From NCBI GenBank assembly GCA_910592345.1, contig CAJVPI010000038.1, positions 1 to 64,000 of the forward strand: a stretch of 64,000 nt of DNA, given 5' to 3'. Origin of the DNA: Paraglomus brasilianum. Lineage: Eukaryota. Below are positions 52,461-64,000 of the stretch, piece by piece; the first letter of the stretch is position 1, and every line of letters starts with the position of its first letter. Both the position numbers and the translations under genes were made by a program. A model generated the notes under the pieces. That model did no database searches, was not told the DNA's origin, and was given only the letters and a program-made list of their open reading frames with translations.

Positions 52461-55400
52461 GTAGTGTATGTGTAGTTTATTCGCGGTCTATTTGTTAAAT
52501 GTGTATGAGAAGTATGTGTACGTGTGTACGTGTTTATGTTTTGATATTCGCGAAGGAAAGAAGGATTTCAACAGGGTAGGGTTCGCTATGTTGATTCGTT
52601 CTGTTTCCAAACGTGTCAGCGATGGATTTGTTGTCGTGTTTTGGTATTGGTGGTGTCGTTGTAGAGTCGCAGTTGCTTGGGGTTGTCTCGGCTTGTCTTT
52701 GCTCTCTTCGTGTCTTTCTCGAGTGGGGAATGATATATGGAAAGTATTGATTATGATTGATAGTATTCTCTCTCTACGTACCTTAGGATACTAGTGATGA
52801 GGTTTTTCGATTGAGGATGTGGGAGCGCAGATTTAAAGGAAAATTTTGGGGGGGGGGGGGTGGATAAATAAGGGTGTGCTATGAGGTACTCATGACTATA
52901 TAGTCATATTTCTTCGGCAACTTAATATAGTTAATTGATAGTATAAATAATGATTATTGTTTGTAATATAATATATGTTTGAGTATAAAGTATATTTATT
53001 TACAACAGCGATCTGTAGTTAATTGTTTTTTGATATGCAGGCAGATTTTCACTCCAATTGTTGGGTTTTGGTATACAGTCATCTATTATGTCTATTATTG
53101 CATAGAATTGCACGATTATTGTCAGTTTATGTGACTTGTATACGACCATTCGCCTTTATTCTTCCATTTCTACCATTGCTTGCCATTGCAAGTATGAAAG
53201 CCCATTGTGCCGTTATAGGTTCAATATGGCAAGTCCCCTTCCCCCAATTGTGTGTTGACATTATGTATAAATAAATCCTCTAATGATTCAGCCTACCTAC
53301 AAACACAATAGTGAAAAAAATACGAAAAATTTTCGGGGGGCTCGAGTCTTTGTTTATGATGTGAAAGAGAAACGAGTTAGTGCATGAGTTAGTGTAAAAA
53401 TAAGACTGCTTTGGGAATGAGGATATTCAGTGAGAACTCTGAGGATAGACCAAAGAACGTGAACAGTCTAGATGTGAATGGATAAGCGGGATGAGCTAAT
53501 ATGCTAAGAGTTAGATTAATCCGTTGTGACTGTTATGACTGGATAGCATAACCGTGATCAGTGCTTTAAAATTGTAATCCATGTGATTCATATTTTTTAA
53601 CATTCAGTATGCCTACAATAATATATAATACTTTATGACTCCCCGCCAACCGAATACCGAATAGCTCGTTATAAACTCTATTCAACAAAGCGTAAAGAGA
53701 AAGACCCGTCTTCTATGGTGACAGATAATGAATGCATCATGGATACAAACATTAAAGCGAAACAATTATATAGTCATCAATAACATCGTTCATATTTTAA
53801 TTATATTTAATTTATCGAGTACCCAATATATTAACTATTTTGGTCAAGATTGTCCACATCTCGTGTGTCCTGTTATGGTTGCATTTATGGAATTAACGCA
53901 CGAGTTTTGGGTCAAATTAGTTTCATTGCCCATCCCCATCAATATTAAATATATTCTAGATGGTTACCGTATTTTACTTTTTATATTACAACCACTAATT
54001 TTTCTTCCCATATAACACATGACTTGTATATGTCAAATAAGAATGGCTTTGGGATCAGACAATAGCAATGTCAGGTGGTCAGCATTAATAAGGATAGATT
54101 GTCCGATAGGGGTGTTGTAGTATGGTATGGTATGATATGGTAGGGTATGTTATTGTGTGTTTGTGAGAGTGAGAGGGACAGAGAGGAGAAAAAAGAGAGA
54201 CAGACAGAGAAGGAAGAAAAAGGCAGAGATAGAATGGGGGAAAAAACAAAAGAAAAGATAAATCTATTATCAATGGAAAACGTATGTACTGCTGTATTCG
54301 TCAAGCCAGAATCTGATTCAATTGACATCATCCAATCAGTTGCATCAACATACTGTCAATTGCATAATAGTAAACTAAATGGAGTTTGGAACACACAATA
54401 CAATCATATACAATGCCCTATATTTAACAGTATATTTTACTGCATTCCACCCAATCAAAATACACACATGACGATTTATGCAGTTTGTGTACTGAAGAAC
54501 GGAAGAAGAAAAAAAAAAGAAGGAAGCTCCTTTACTTGTGGCCTACAAACGAACAAGCAAAGATGCGATCAAACAACAAACACATGCGCAAGTGCAATAA
54601 TAGTAGGAATAGTAGGAATAGTAGTAATATTAGTGGTAATAAGCAATATTAGCGGTAGGATAATAGTGGTAGCTGTTGTGCTGTGTGTTGTGGTGTTGTG
54701 TTGTTGTTGTGTTGTGTGTTGTGTTCTCTTTGTTAATTAATGAGCTTTAACCTACTAATGTAACACTATACTAAAGAGCATACACCTCCCGATGCGTACA
54801 CTCCGACTGGTAACACTCCAATTGATCATATCAAACCATCGTAGATATCAATAATCATACCAAATATGATCTGAACACGTGAGTACTAGTCGTGTATTGA
54901 TGCTCCGTGGTAGAAAACGTAAATAAACGGTGCAAGCGTTCAATAATGGTAACTAATCAACATACACAGGTAATCAATAGCATTTAGACAGCATGTTAAT
55001 GGACAGCAGAACAAGTGGCTATTAATAGAAGCTGTCAAAATATGTTAAACGATTAACCGAATTAATATTAGACCAGAACGTCTATAACAACAATAAATAG
55101 CAAAGACTATAGTGAATAACAACAACGACTATGGAAACATCAACACCCAGCAATGGCAACACTAATAATACTAATACCAACACCAAGCTTTCTGCATAGC
55201 CGTTTCTGTCGTACACCATCTACAAACAATCTCCCCAAACTTTTCTTGCACACCCCCCAATCCAACCAACTCGAGATCATCCCTCGTGCACTCGATCTTA
55301 TTCTCGTAGCACAATGCTAAGACTCTAATCAGCTCTCACGCGACTTTCACACGAAAAAGAACAATTCCTGATATGCAAAGATAGAGAATGTTGGGTTGAC

Positions 55401-57085
55401 GTACGAAAAACAAGTGTCAATCTAAAGCCAATAGAAATAAAATAAGGCGAAATAACGGCAACGAGGAAACAGTGATTGTTACAAGATCCTAAGCGAGCGA
55501 AAGCTACTACGAACAAGGGTGGTTTACCGTGGTCGTGATGTCAATGTAATTAACAATTACATAAGCAATCGCTATTGGCAGTTATCGTGTCATTATCTCA
55601 GATATCAACTGATAAAACTCGTACTCGGAAAGATTGTATTTAATATGTGACAATACATAACACACGTTTAGTTAATTAACAAATAAATACTCTTAATATT
55701 TCATTATACACGTTTAGTATCATTTATACGTAACACGTTTTCATCAAGGGGGACGATACCGATAATACCGATAATATTGATAATCAACCTTTTTCTCGAA
55801 TTGCTTCTCGTTCTCATCCTATATTGGCCATATTACATGTATTGCTCGTCACAACAAAGTAGGTAACCATCCACGCGGGAATACCCTCAAGATCGCCTAC
55901 CAAATATAGTATGAGCCAACGTTGTTATTGATGTACAATGTCATGTAGCCTCGATTACCTATCATTGGGAAAAACTTTAATTGTCCTCGCACAAAAAAAA
56001 AACGGAAAAAAAAAAAAAAAGACAAACCGACCGATATATTACAAACAATAACAAATACCCAAATAACAATGGATTTTAATGACAATGTTACCCAAAATCT
56101 ATGACAGAGATAATCATTCTTCGAGCAATATACTATTGATATATATGTATATACATGAGACAAATGAAAGCAACCTAAAATCGCGTCTCACCAATCAATC
56201 CGTTTGTGCTCGCAATTCATTCCCACCCACGTTCCATTCATTTCATACTCTTGGCATTCAATTCAATCCAGGCCCTCTGCTGCAGTTTATTTCGGTTAAG
56301 CGTCTTCGTGAACGGCACATATTGTAGAACATGGAAAACTTCTACTTTTAGTCAACCACGTTATTCTTGTAAAACAATTGATAAACGTTTTGAGGTTTTC
56401 CGAACTGGAAAACTCTGAATAGCAAATAGAGTAAGTACACTAATCGTAACAATGAAATACAATAATCTATACTCTTACCCTATATATTACGGCTTACATA
56501 TTTATCAATTGTATCCGGTTATAGCGTGCAGTCAATGTGACTTATCACGAATGATGAGTCAGGGAATAAAGAATCAGAAAAGGCAATCAAAGATCACGAT
56601 GCAAGGTGTGTTTGCAGATGTGATAGCACCAGTAACCTATCGTTGAGACGAGCAATACTGTGATGCTCAATCTTTTATCACTCAATATCCCCTCTCCCTC
56701 CTTTTCTTCTCTTCTTGCTCTCTCGCATGAAAGGATTGCATTCTTTATGTGCAGATTTAACATTGACACTTGGAAACAAAGTGATCGTAATAAGCAAATC
56801 AGAAACCTTATTATTACATACAAATATAATAAAAATACTACGAGGGGAGAGAACGACAAAAGAAATACATAGAAATACTACATAAACAAGATTTACTGTA
56901 TAGAATTATAAACATTAGAGATATTTATATATTAATTCCATATTCAATTGGCCAATTGTAAAGCGGATTATTCAAGAGTAAGGAGAATGTTGTATCTTGT
57001 ATCTTGTATCTTTACGTTAATTAATCCAATTGCTACCTTTGAATGACGCTATCTATCTACATACGAATATCTAGAGCTCCCCGGC

Positions 57086-60000
57086 TCATTTAGCAGTCAT
57101 GTCTGAAATGACTCTCTGCAGATTGAGCGACTCATCCGACCGGGCGTTTCCAAGCTACGATAACAAAATATGGATTAAAGTCAACATTACGTCACCTGTA
57201 CATCATGATCTATTAACTCTCGGACCCCTCTAATTCCAACACTAACCTCTCCAACATCGTAAACATGCACTCTAGCGTCCGAAGACCCAATGGCGACCTT
57301 CCTTCCGTCTTTGTCCCACTGAATCTTATTCAAAGCCTTTCCGCTCCCAACCGCTACTCCCACAATGGGGACTTCAGTATCAATGTTTAGATTCCACAAG
57401 CTAAACTTGCCGGTTCCATCAACACTCGCAAATAGAGCAGGGTGTCTCGGTGACCACTTAACATCATAGACGTAATCATCAGCACCCTCGAACGAATGTA
57501 TGGGTGAGATTGTCTGTTGCGCGGTTGCGGTTTTGGCGCTTGATTTGGCACGCCAGAGTTTGACCGTCCAGTCGACGCTAGAAGTGAGGAAGAGATCAGA
57601 GAAATCAACCGGACCAACGAGCGGATGAAATTGAAGTCCTGTTACTGGTCCCCAATGACCCTTATAGAAATCATATGGATTTATTCCAGCCTTGCTATTG
57701 GTTGCAAAAATGAAAATTTAAAGTTTTTTAGACTTAAATTTTAAGATCAAATTGACTAAGAATAAACGATTAACCTTAGTCAGGTAATAAGTAATAAAGT
57801 TAGTCATCATAAACATTAGTTCGATTATCATTGGTCAGGTTGTTATTAAAAAGACTTAAATTCAGTCTTAAATAGCATGCTGGCCGAATTATCAAACAAA
57901 TTATCTGAAACAAATTATCCAAATTATCGCACAAATTATCTGACAAATTATCCAACGAAACTAATCTCCAAAGTCCCATATACTAATTTGCTAAATGAAG
58001 ACTAACCTGCCAGCCCTATCAAACCGATTAGCTTGATATACATTTCCCTCTTCCGTTCCGACCCAGAATGCTGTCGTCTCGTTATCGGGGAATCCAAGCG
58101 CCGTAACAGAGACTTCATCGGTCTTGTTATGGTTTGGATGCACCAACTCCAAAGTTTCTTGCGGTTGAGCAAGCATGTCCAACTGCCACGAACACACTAA
58201 CCCATCGGTAGAAGCCGTTATAAGGTTATGTGCATTTTGAGTTCCAACCACCTGCATCGAATACACTGGGTGTGTATGACCGTTGGAAGAAAGTGGTGTC
58301 TTAAGGACAGGGAGGGATCTTGCTCGGGTATCCCAGATGACCACTTGTCCTGAGTAAGTACCGCCAATAACAAGATTATGATGGAATGGAGAGAACATCG
58401 TCGTTAAGACGTCAGACTATATTGAATGATTTAGTTGGACGCTAGTAAGCGATGTTGTCAGATTTGATGAACAACCAAACATCAAATTCTACATCCTTTT
58501 GCTAATACAATCAAATTGAAAGTACCTGTGAGTGAAACGTGTACTCTGGTCTATCCAATAAATGCAAATTCCAGACAAGAACTAGACCGTCTGGTTCGTT
58601 AGTTGCTATCGAATTTTTGTTATAGGATGCGACACAGAGTTCCGGGAACTATACGACGCGCATAGGATACGGAATAAGAGTATAAAAGAACAGCATCCGT
58701 ATAAAGTGTCAGTATCTATCCTCCACATCAAATCCGTATTATTCCAATAAATATATAATGCTCGATTTATAACCTTATGAGACCAATTAACATCCGTAAC
58801 AGATCGTGTTGCCCTCGATTTATTCCATCGATCGTCAAAGAAAGAGCAGATATACTTCACTCTGTTGCCAGTTTCCCCACTAGTAAATACGACATGATAA
58901 AGACATATTGTCAATAAGCTTTGTCAACCTTTGTTGGGTCGACTTGTATGTCCAAACAAACAATGAATATATATGTCTTACGCGTCTTCGTCCTGAGTAG
59001 AGTAATCTTTCATGAAATTATATTCATCATTAAGAGCACGTTCAATAATCTTCGTAGAATGTTCGACAAATTCCACAAACTCGGATGATTGTACTATTTT
59101 CTTTCTTTGTTCTTCACTGAGATCTAAAAAAAAACACGATAGAATGTTATAACATTTTCGGAAAGTAAATGCATAATATTCGTATCATACCTCTAGCTCT
59201 AGCTGCCCTCTCCCTCGCAGCCTCAGCCCTCGCATTCTCCTCTTCAAGCTGCTCCCGTCGTTGTTGTTCTTTTTTCTCAAGCTCCTTTTCTATCTTCTCC
59301 CGAATCTCTTTCTCCGATGGCGGCGGAGGGTCGGTCGAAGATTCAACTGTTTGGACTTTTTTGTCGTAGAAGACTACTTCCTTTATATCGTAATCAAAAG
59401 TCAGATTGTAACGTTGCTAATATACGAAGACAACGTTCACAAATGACTATACCTTTGGAGCAATGTCAAGCAATACAGACTCAAACGTGGAGAGTTCTGG
59501 TATGAACCGCGATCCGCTGCTAGGTACTTGCGGACTATGAAATTGAAAGAAATCAGATCAATATGCTAATATTATAGGATCAGAAATAGCAATCAATCAT
59601 ACGCAAACTGTTTAATCGTCACTAATATGAATAATCCAGCTCCATATTTATATATCTCTTTCTCTGACCATTACTCCAACACTGCCACAAACCTTTGTGG
59701 GACGCTAGTGAGACCGCCTCCGACCCCATTAGATCCTTGTCTAGCCACACCGGTTAAAATTAATTTACTTAGTCCTGCTATGCGCGTCTCCCTGTCACTC
59801 CCGGCCCTGTCACTCCCAGCCCTGTCACTCCCAGCACTATCAGACTCTCCGACTAAGGCATTCGCTGAAGGAATGACCGAACGCTTGTCATCCTTTTTAT
59901 CGTTAAGGAGATTATCAACAAGGTCGTGAATGTCTTCGGGTTGCCCGCGGTTAGTTGAGAGCTAGCAGTTGGATAGATGAATTAATAGAGATTAGTAGTT

Positions 60001-60351
60001 GACGATAGAGATAGCTAACGTTGTTCGTGTTGTATTATGGAGATAAATAAACGATTTCGAGCAATCGGAAAGTGCGTAATAGCTGAGGTTAATTTACGAC
60101 AAGGACCGCTTTACTTTCGTATAATCGATATAAAGCTTAACATGTTTCAGTGGTACTTCATCCAATAACTTTTTTTTTTCATTCTCGGCTAACTGATAAC
60201 AATCTCTAATACGCTCATTATTATTGAATTAAAGCTGCTCTCTTACTGTTTCTTGTTGCGTAGCGAGGGCCCTCTGCCTGTCTTCCCTCACTTTACGTAG
60301 TTCAATCAATTTTGCTCGCTTCTTAGCTAACTCTTCCTTTCTTCGGTCCAT
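57086..60351 (-). CDS. nudI: Cytoplasmic dynein intermediate chain (WD40), multi-exon
   Basis: [21 protein letters not shown]-terminal coil, [73 protein letters not shown]; ends SDMTAK*. Confidence 0.93.
57886..57955. repeat. Intronic irregular repeat of (a)aattatc
   Basis: Several aattatc copies with short variable spacers inside a dynein intron. Confidence 0.7.
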
Positions 60352-62194
60352 TTCTTATAACTTTCGTGATTATATATTGCGAGTGCTGTTTATTGAAGTA
60401 ATTTGAGGCTGAGAAATAGTTTTCAATCAACTTGCATAACATTCTACCCACATACTCACGTATTTATTATTTTAGTATCGTTTCAAGTTTCGAAAAACGT
60501 AAATAAGAGACTGTGATATTTATGGTAAAAGTTATATTACCCTACACGTGATTATTTATTGTGACAGCTATATTGAGTTTTGATTGTGTGACATGTGAAC
60601 ATAGTAATAGACAGGTTACAACCGGTTTGATGTACGGCGGGGAATGAGTGAATAGAGGAAAGATAAGAGTATCGTATGCAATAATCGTCATAGCGCCTGC
60701 AGCCTTATATTAATAGGGCATACAGTGACAGCGAAGATCTAACATTGAAATTTACGCAGTTTCTATATAGTAATTATTATTAGTCGAAATATTATGTCAC
60801 AGTAACAGCTGCTATTACCTCATTTGGTATATGTAAATTGAGTGACGAAAGTACATGTGTGTAACGACACGAAGATCAAAGACATAGAACGTGTCTCAAC
60901 AGTGAATGGTATACAATTACCAGAAGACACTAGCATAATTTGGAAATCGAATGAGTATGTTAATTATAAAAAGCATGGTTTTAATCCAATGTAATCCAAT
61001 GTTGCAGCTGATGCTGTTTGATCGACGAATCAACTGTTTCAGAATCTGTATCCGTGAACATGCAAAATAACACGACCCGCACGTATACGTGTATTTCGTC
61101 TTGGAAAACCCAATTATAAAATCTACGATTTATTCCATAAAAAAAGCAAACAAACGCTTTTCAAGCGATAAAAAGGACAATTGGATCAAGATACCAGCTG
61201 CTCATCGAGCGAAAATACTCATCAATGGTTTGGGTCCGAGTATTTCCTCCCATGAATCGCTCTAGTGAATATGCAAATGTGTTTGTAAAGAGTAACAAGA
61301 AGACATCGACAAATTAAGTGTCGCATATGGCTCCCCAAGATTTTATGCATCTAACAAGGGAGCGCAGCAAGATAAAGCGCACGCTACACGTTCATAACTT
61401 GAGAAAAAGTAAATACGTCTTTGATTACATAAAAGAGACCCAAACGCCTATGAACAAGCCACAGAAGCTTACAAGGTTGTTGGGAGGATAGTTAGAAGGT
61501 TATCAACGCTATTGCACGAGAGGCAATTGGGGTGTTATTAGTTGGGGCAAAGCTGCATCGTAGCAGAGTTAGGTTTATACGTAAAGGAGACAAGAAGCAG
61601 TATGTAACGACGGAGGATGATAGTTCGAATGCTGTTATAATACGAAATGCTTATTGCAAAGCTTATTCGTGTTGCTAACTTGTTGCTTTCTGTCCTGTTA
61701 GCAACGAGCAGTTCACACTTTCCGGCCAACACGGGTTTATTCTTGTGTCTATATATGCTACTCCTAAACAACACAAAGACTAACAGTCGCTTTTTTTTTT
61801 CTCGATAAAGCTTTCAAGGACCCGGCAATTTTTGAGGTGGAAGTTGACACGTTATGCTAAGCTTGAGCAACCCAATCAATAGCATCTTTGACTTCAGCAT
61901 GGGGGTAAGATAAGATTTATGGATGCTGCTTCATCAAGGCATCAATTCGAGATTGACAGAATATTTGTAGTAATGAGCCTAACATAATAAGTTAGAGTGA
62001 GTTTATGGATAAAGAATGATTTATAATTTCGAAAATAGTAAAATTTATAAATAATTCCGGCATTGCATGGTTGCAAGTAAGTGGGCCGTAGTATTAGGAG
62101 GAAGATAATGTTAGACATTTGTAGAGTGAGTGAGCAAAAGAACATTTCGTTTCTGTCGTTGCATGAGAGAATTTATTCTGTTACGATAACGGTT

Positions 62195-62415
62195 AAGAAT
62201 GCCAAAACGTGTAGCAAACTCACGGGCCTTTTCAATTATGATGTGCCCAGACTGTTCTTTACCGCATTCTCCACCATATCACTAGAGCTTTTTCTAGAAT
62301 TGGAAATTTGGGTAGTTTATGTCACTTAATTTTTGCTCTTGGGGAGGTCACATCCAATTATAACTGTTTGTCCTTTTCATTGACAATTAAAGTTACTGTA
62401 GCAGGACTAATTGAA
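62195..62415 (-). mobile_element. pogo/Tigger (CENP-B HTH) transposase relic
   Basis: ISPATVTLIVNEKDKQL*LD...KIK*HKLPKFPILEKALVIW / GHIIIEKAREFATRFGI, with two stops and frameshifts. Confidence 0.75.
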
Positions 62416-63600
62416 ATTTCTCTGCAAGTTCTTGATTTTGGTATAATAATATTATTAAGGGCCCTGGTACAGAGCATTGTCAGCAATTATTAATATGTCA
62501 TCTATAAAATAGTCTTTATAATTTAGTTACACAGTCAAAATGTATATAATAATATACAATATGCAAATTAAACCTTTGTTAATATCAAAAAAATAATAAT
62601 CAAATATTCAGTACTGCTGGTATACTGTAGCAAGTTGATGTAGGCATTACTTATGTGTAAACATATTTCTATATGCTCATCCATTAGTAGTTATTTGAAT
62701 TTGGCAATTCTTTTGAATAATATCAGGGGGAAAAATGAAATGAAAAATTGTAACCCAGATGTGATGATGGTGTAAGGCAATCGTGACAGTCTATCATAAA
62801 TAAGTATTTGTTACTTTGCCATACTTTGTCCCGAATATATTTTTACATGTGTCAGAACAATGACCGGTGACTTCTTGTTTGTATTATGGCAATGCAAATA
62901 AAATAAGCCAATATGCATTAAGAAAAATCACATGACTCTGATAATTCTCTGAAGGAACGGCTTTTATAATACGCTTTATCCCATACACATAAAGAAAAAT
63001 TATGTGATTCCCTGAACTTGGTTCAGAAAAGTATTTTTTTTTGTCAGATATGATATCTTAATTTATCCTAAAATATATCGTTGAGGGATCTATGAATTAA
63101 TGCCAGAGACAAACCCAAAATTGGCCAGTGTGCCTGACATCTTTATTATTCAATAATTACCAGCTGTTACAGATAATGGCGTTCAAACTCCTGTGATTAT
63201 GAGAAAAAAAATAATCGCCAGGTCATGAATGAAGTTCATGCAAGATGTAAATTACAATGTGCAGATTAATGCAAATAAGACATTGCGCTATGAGGTCGAG
63301 GATCTGAAGATGCAGATACAAGAGACGGGAAAAAAGCTGGCATCTATAAAATCATATTTTACTCTTGTGAATATAAAATTATGAGTTAGCCAGAGCACTT
63401 TTTTCCTTGTGCTTCTGTTTTGTCTCTATCTCCTTCTGCAGTGTCAAACCTTAGCTGAATTGTAAGAGAACCATCTTTGGGCTTATCTAGGTCAAATACA
63501 ATAAATTCACCTTTGTGCAGAAGTGGGTTTAAAATGATTATTTAAACCCACTTAGTTTAAGTTATTATTATACTAATACCCCTCATTTAGGTTATACCCA

Positions 63601-63741
63601 CTCAGCGACGATGAGTGTCGTCATTCGAGTGACGACAAGATCGCATTTGCATCGTCATTTGCCGAGGAAGTCAGCTGAGGGAGTTAGCCGCCCCGCTCAG
63701 TGACGATGAGTTTGCATTTGCGTCATTGCAGAAGTTAGCCT
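63601..63741 (+). repeat. Imperfect GC-rich direct repeat, about 95-bp period
   Basis: ctcag(c/t)gacgatgagt...gcatttgc...gtcatt...agttagcc occurs twice. Confidence 0.6.
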
Positions 63742-64000
63742 GCAACAATTGAATAAAAAGTCTTTATGAAAATCCACACGTTTGAAAATATCAACTGAGT
63801 AGACATGAGCATGTATTCAAGATATCATAAAAAAATGGGCAAACCGAATTCAAAATTTGAAATCACCGGAATCGTGGTTACGATTCGCAAATATCATCCA
63901 AATATATACGTCTACGTATATTAACGCCTGGATATGATAAGGATGATTGGCAAATTTTTGTATTCCGTATTAAAAACAATCTAACGGAAATGAATGTATA

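Noticed and set aside
54071..54740. 197-aa ORF and overlapping ORFs
   Set aside because: A mosaic of GA-, TAG- and TGT-type low-complexity tracts with no domain signal.

Overview
AT-rich, intron-rich eukaryotic (fungal) genomic DNA. Gene style suggests an early-diverging Mucoromycota/Glomeromycotina-like fungus (inference). Recognisable spliced genes: PHO80-like cyclin, monothiol glutaredoxin Grx5, DHA2-type MFS transporter, Rxt3-like HDAC subunit, a divergent P3A H+-ATPase, Xrn1, a TTP/Cth-type tandem CCCH protein and cytoplasmic dynein intermediate chain. Intergenic DNA holds Tc1/pogo transposon relics, MITEs, a degenerate TPR gene and a BEACH-domain fragment. Three observations stand out: (1) a 38-aa minus-strand ORF at 4112-4228, below the ORF-track cutoff, ending in a CaaX box (CVIQ) and shaped like an a-factor-type lipopeptide pheromone precursor; (2) a secreted Kex2-processed repeat precursor at 21806-22885 predicted to release N/G-rich 30-aa and 64-65-aa peptides; (3) a 2-nt micro-exon apparently needed to keep the ATPase in frame.
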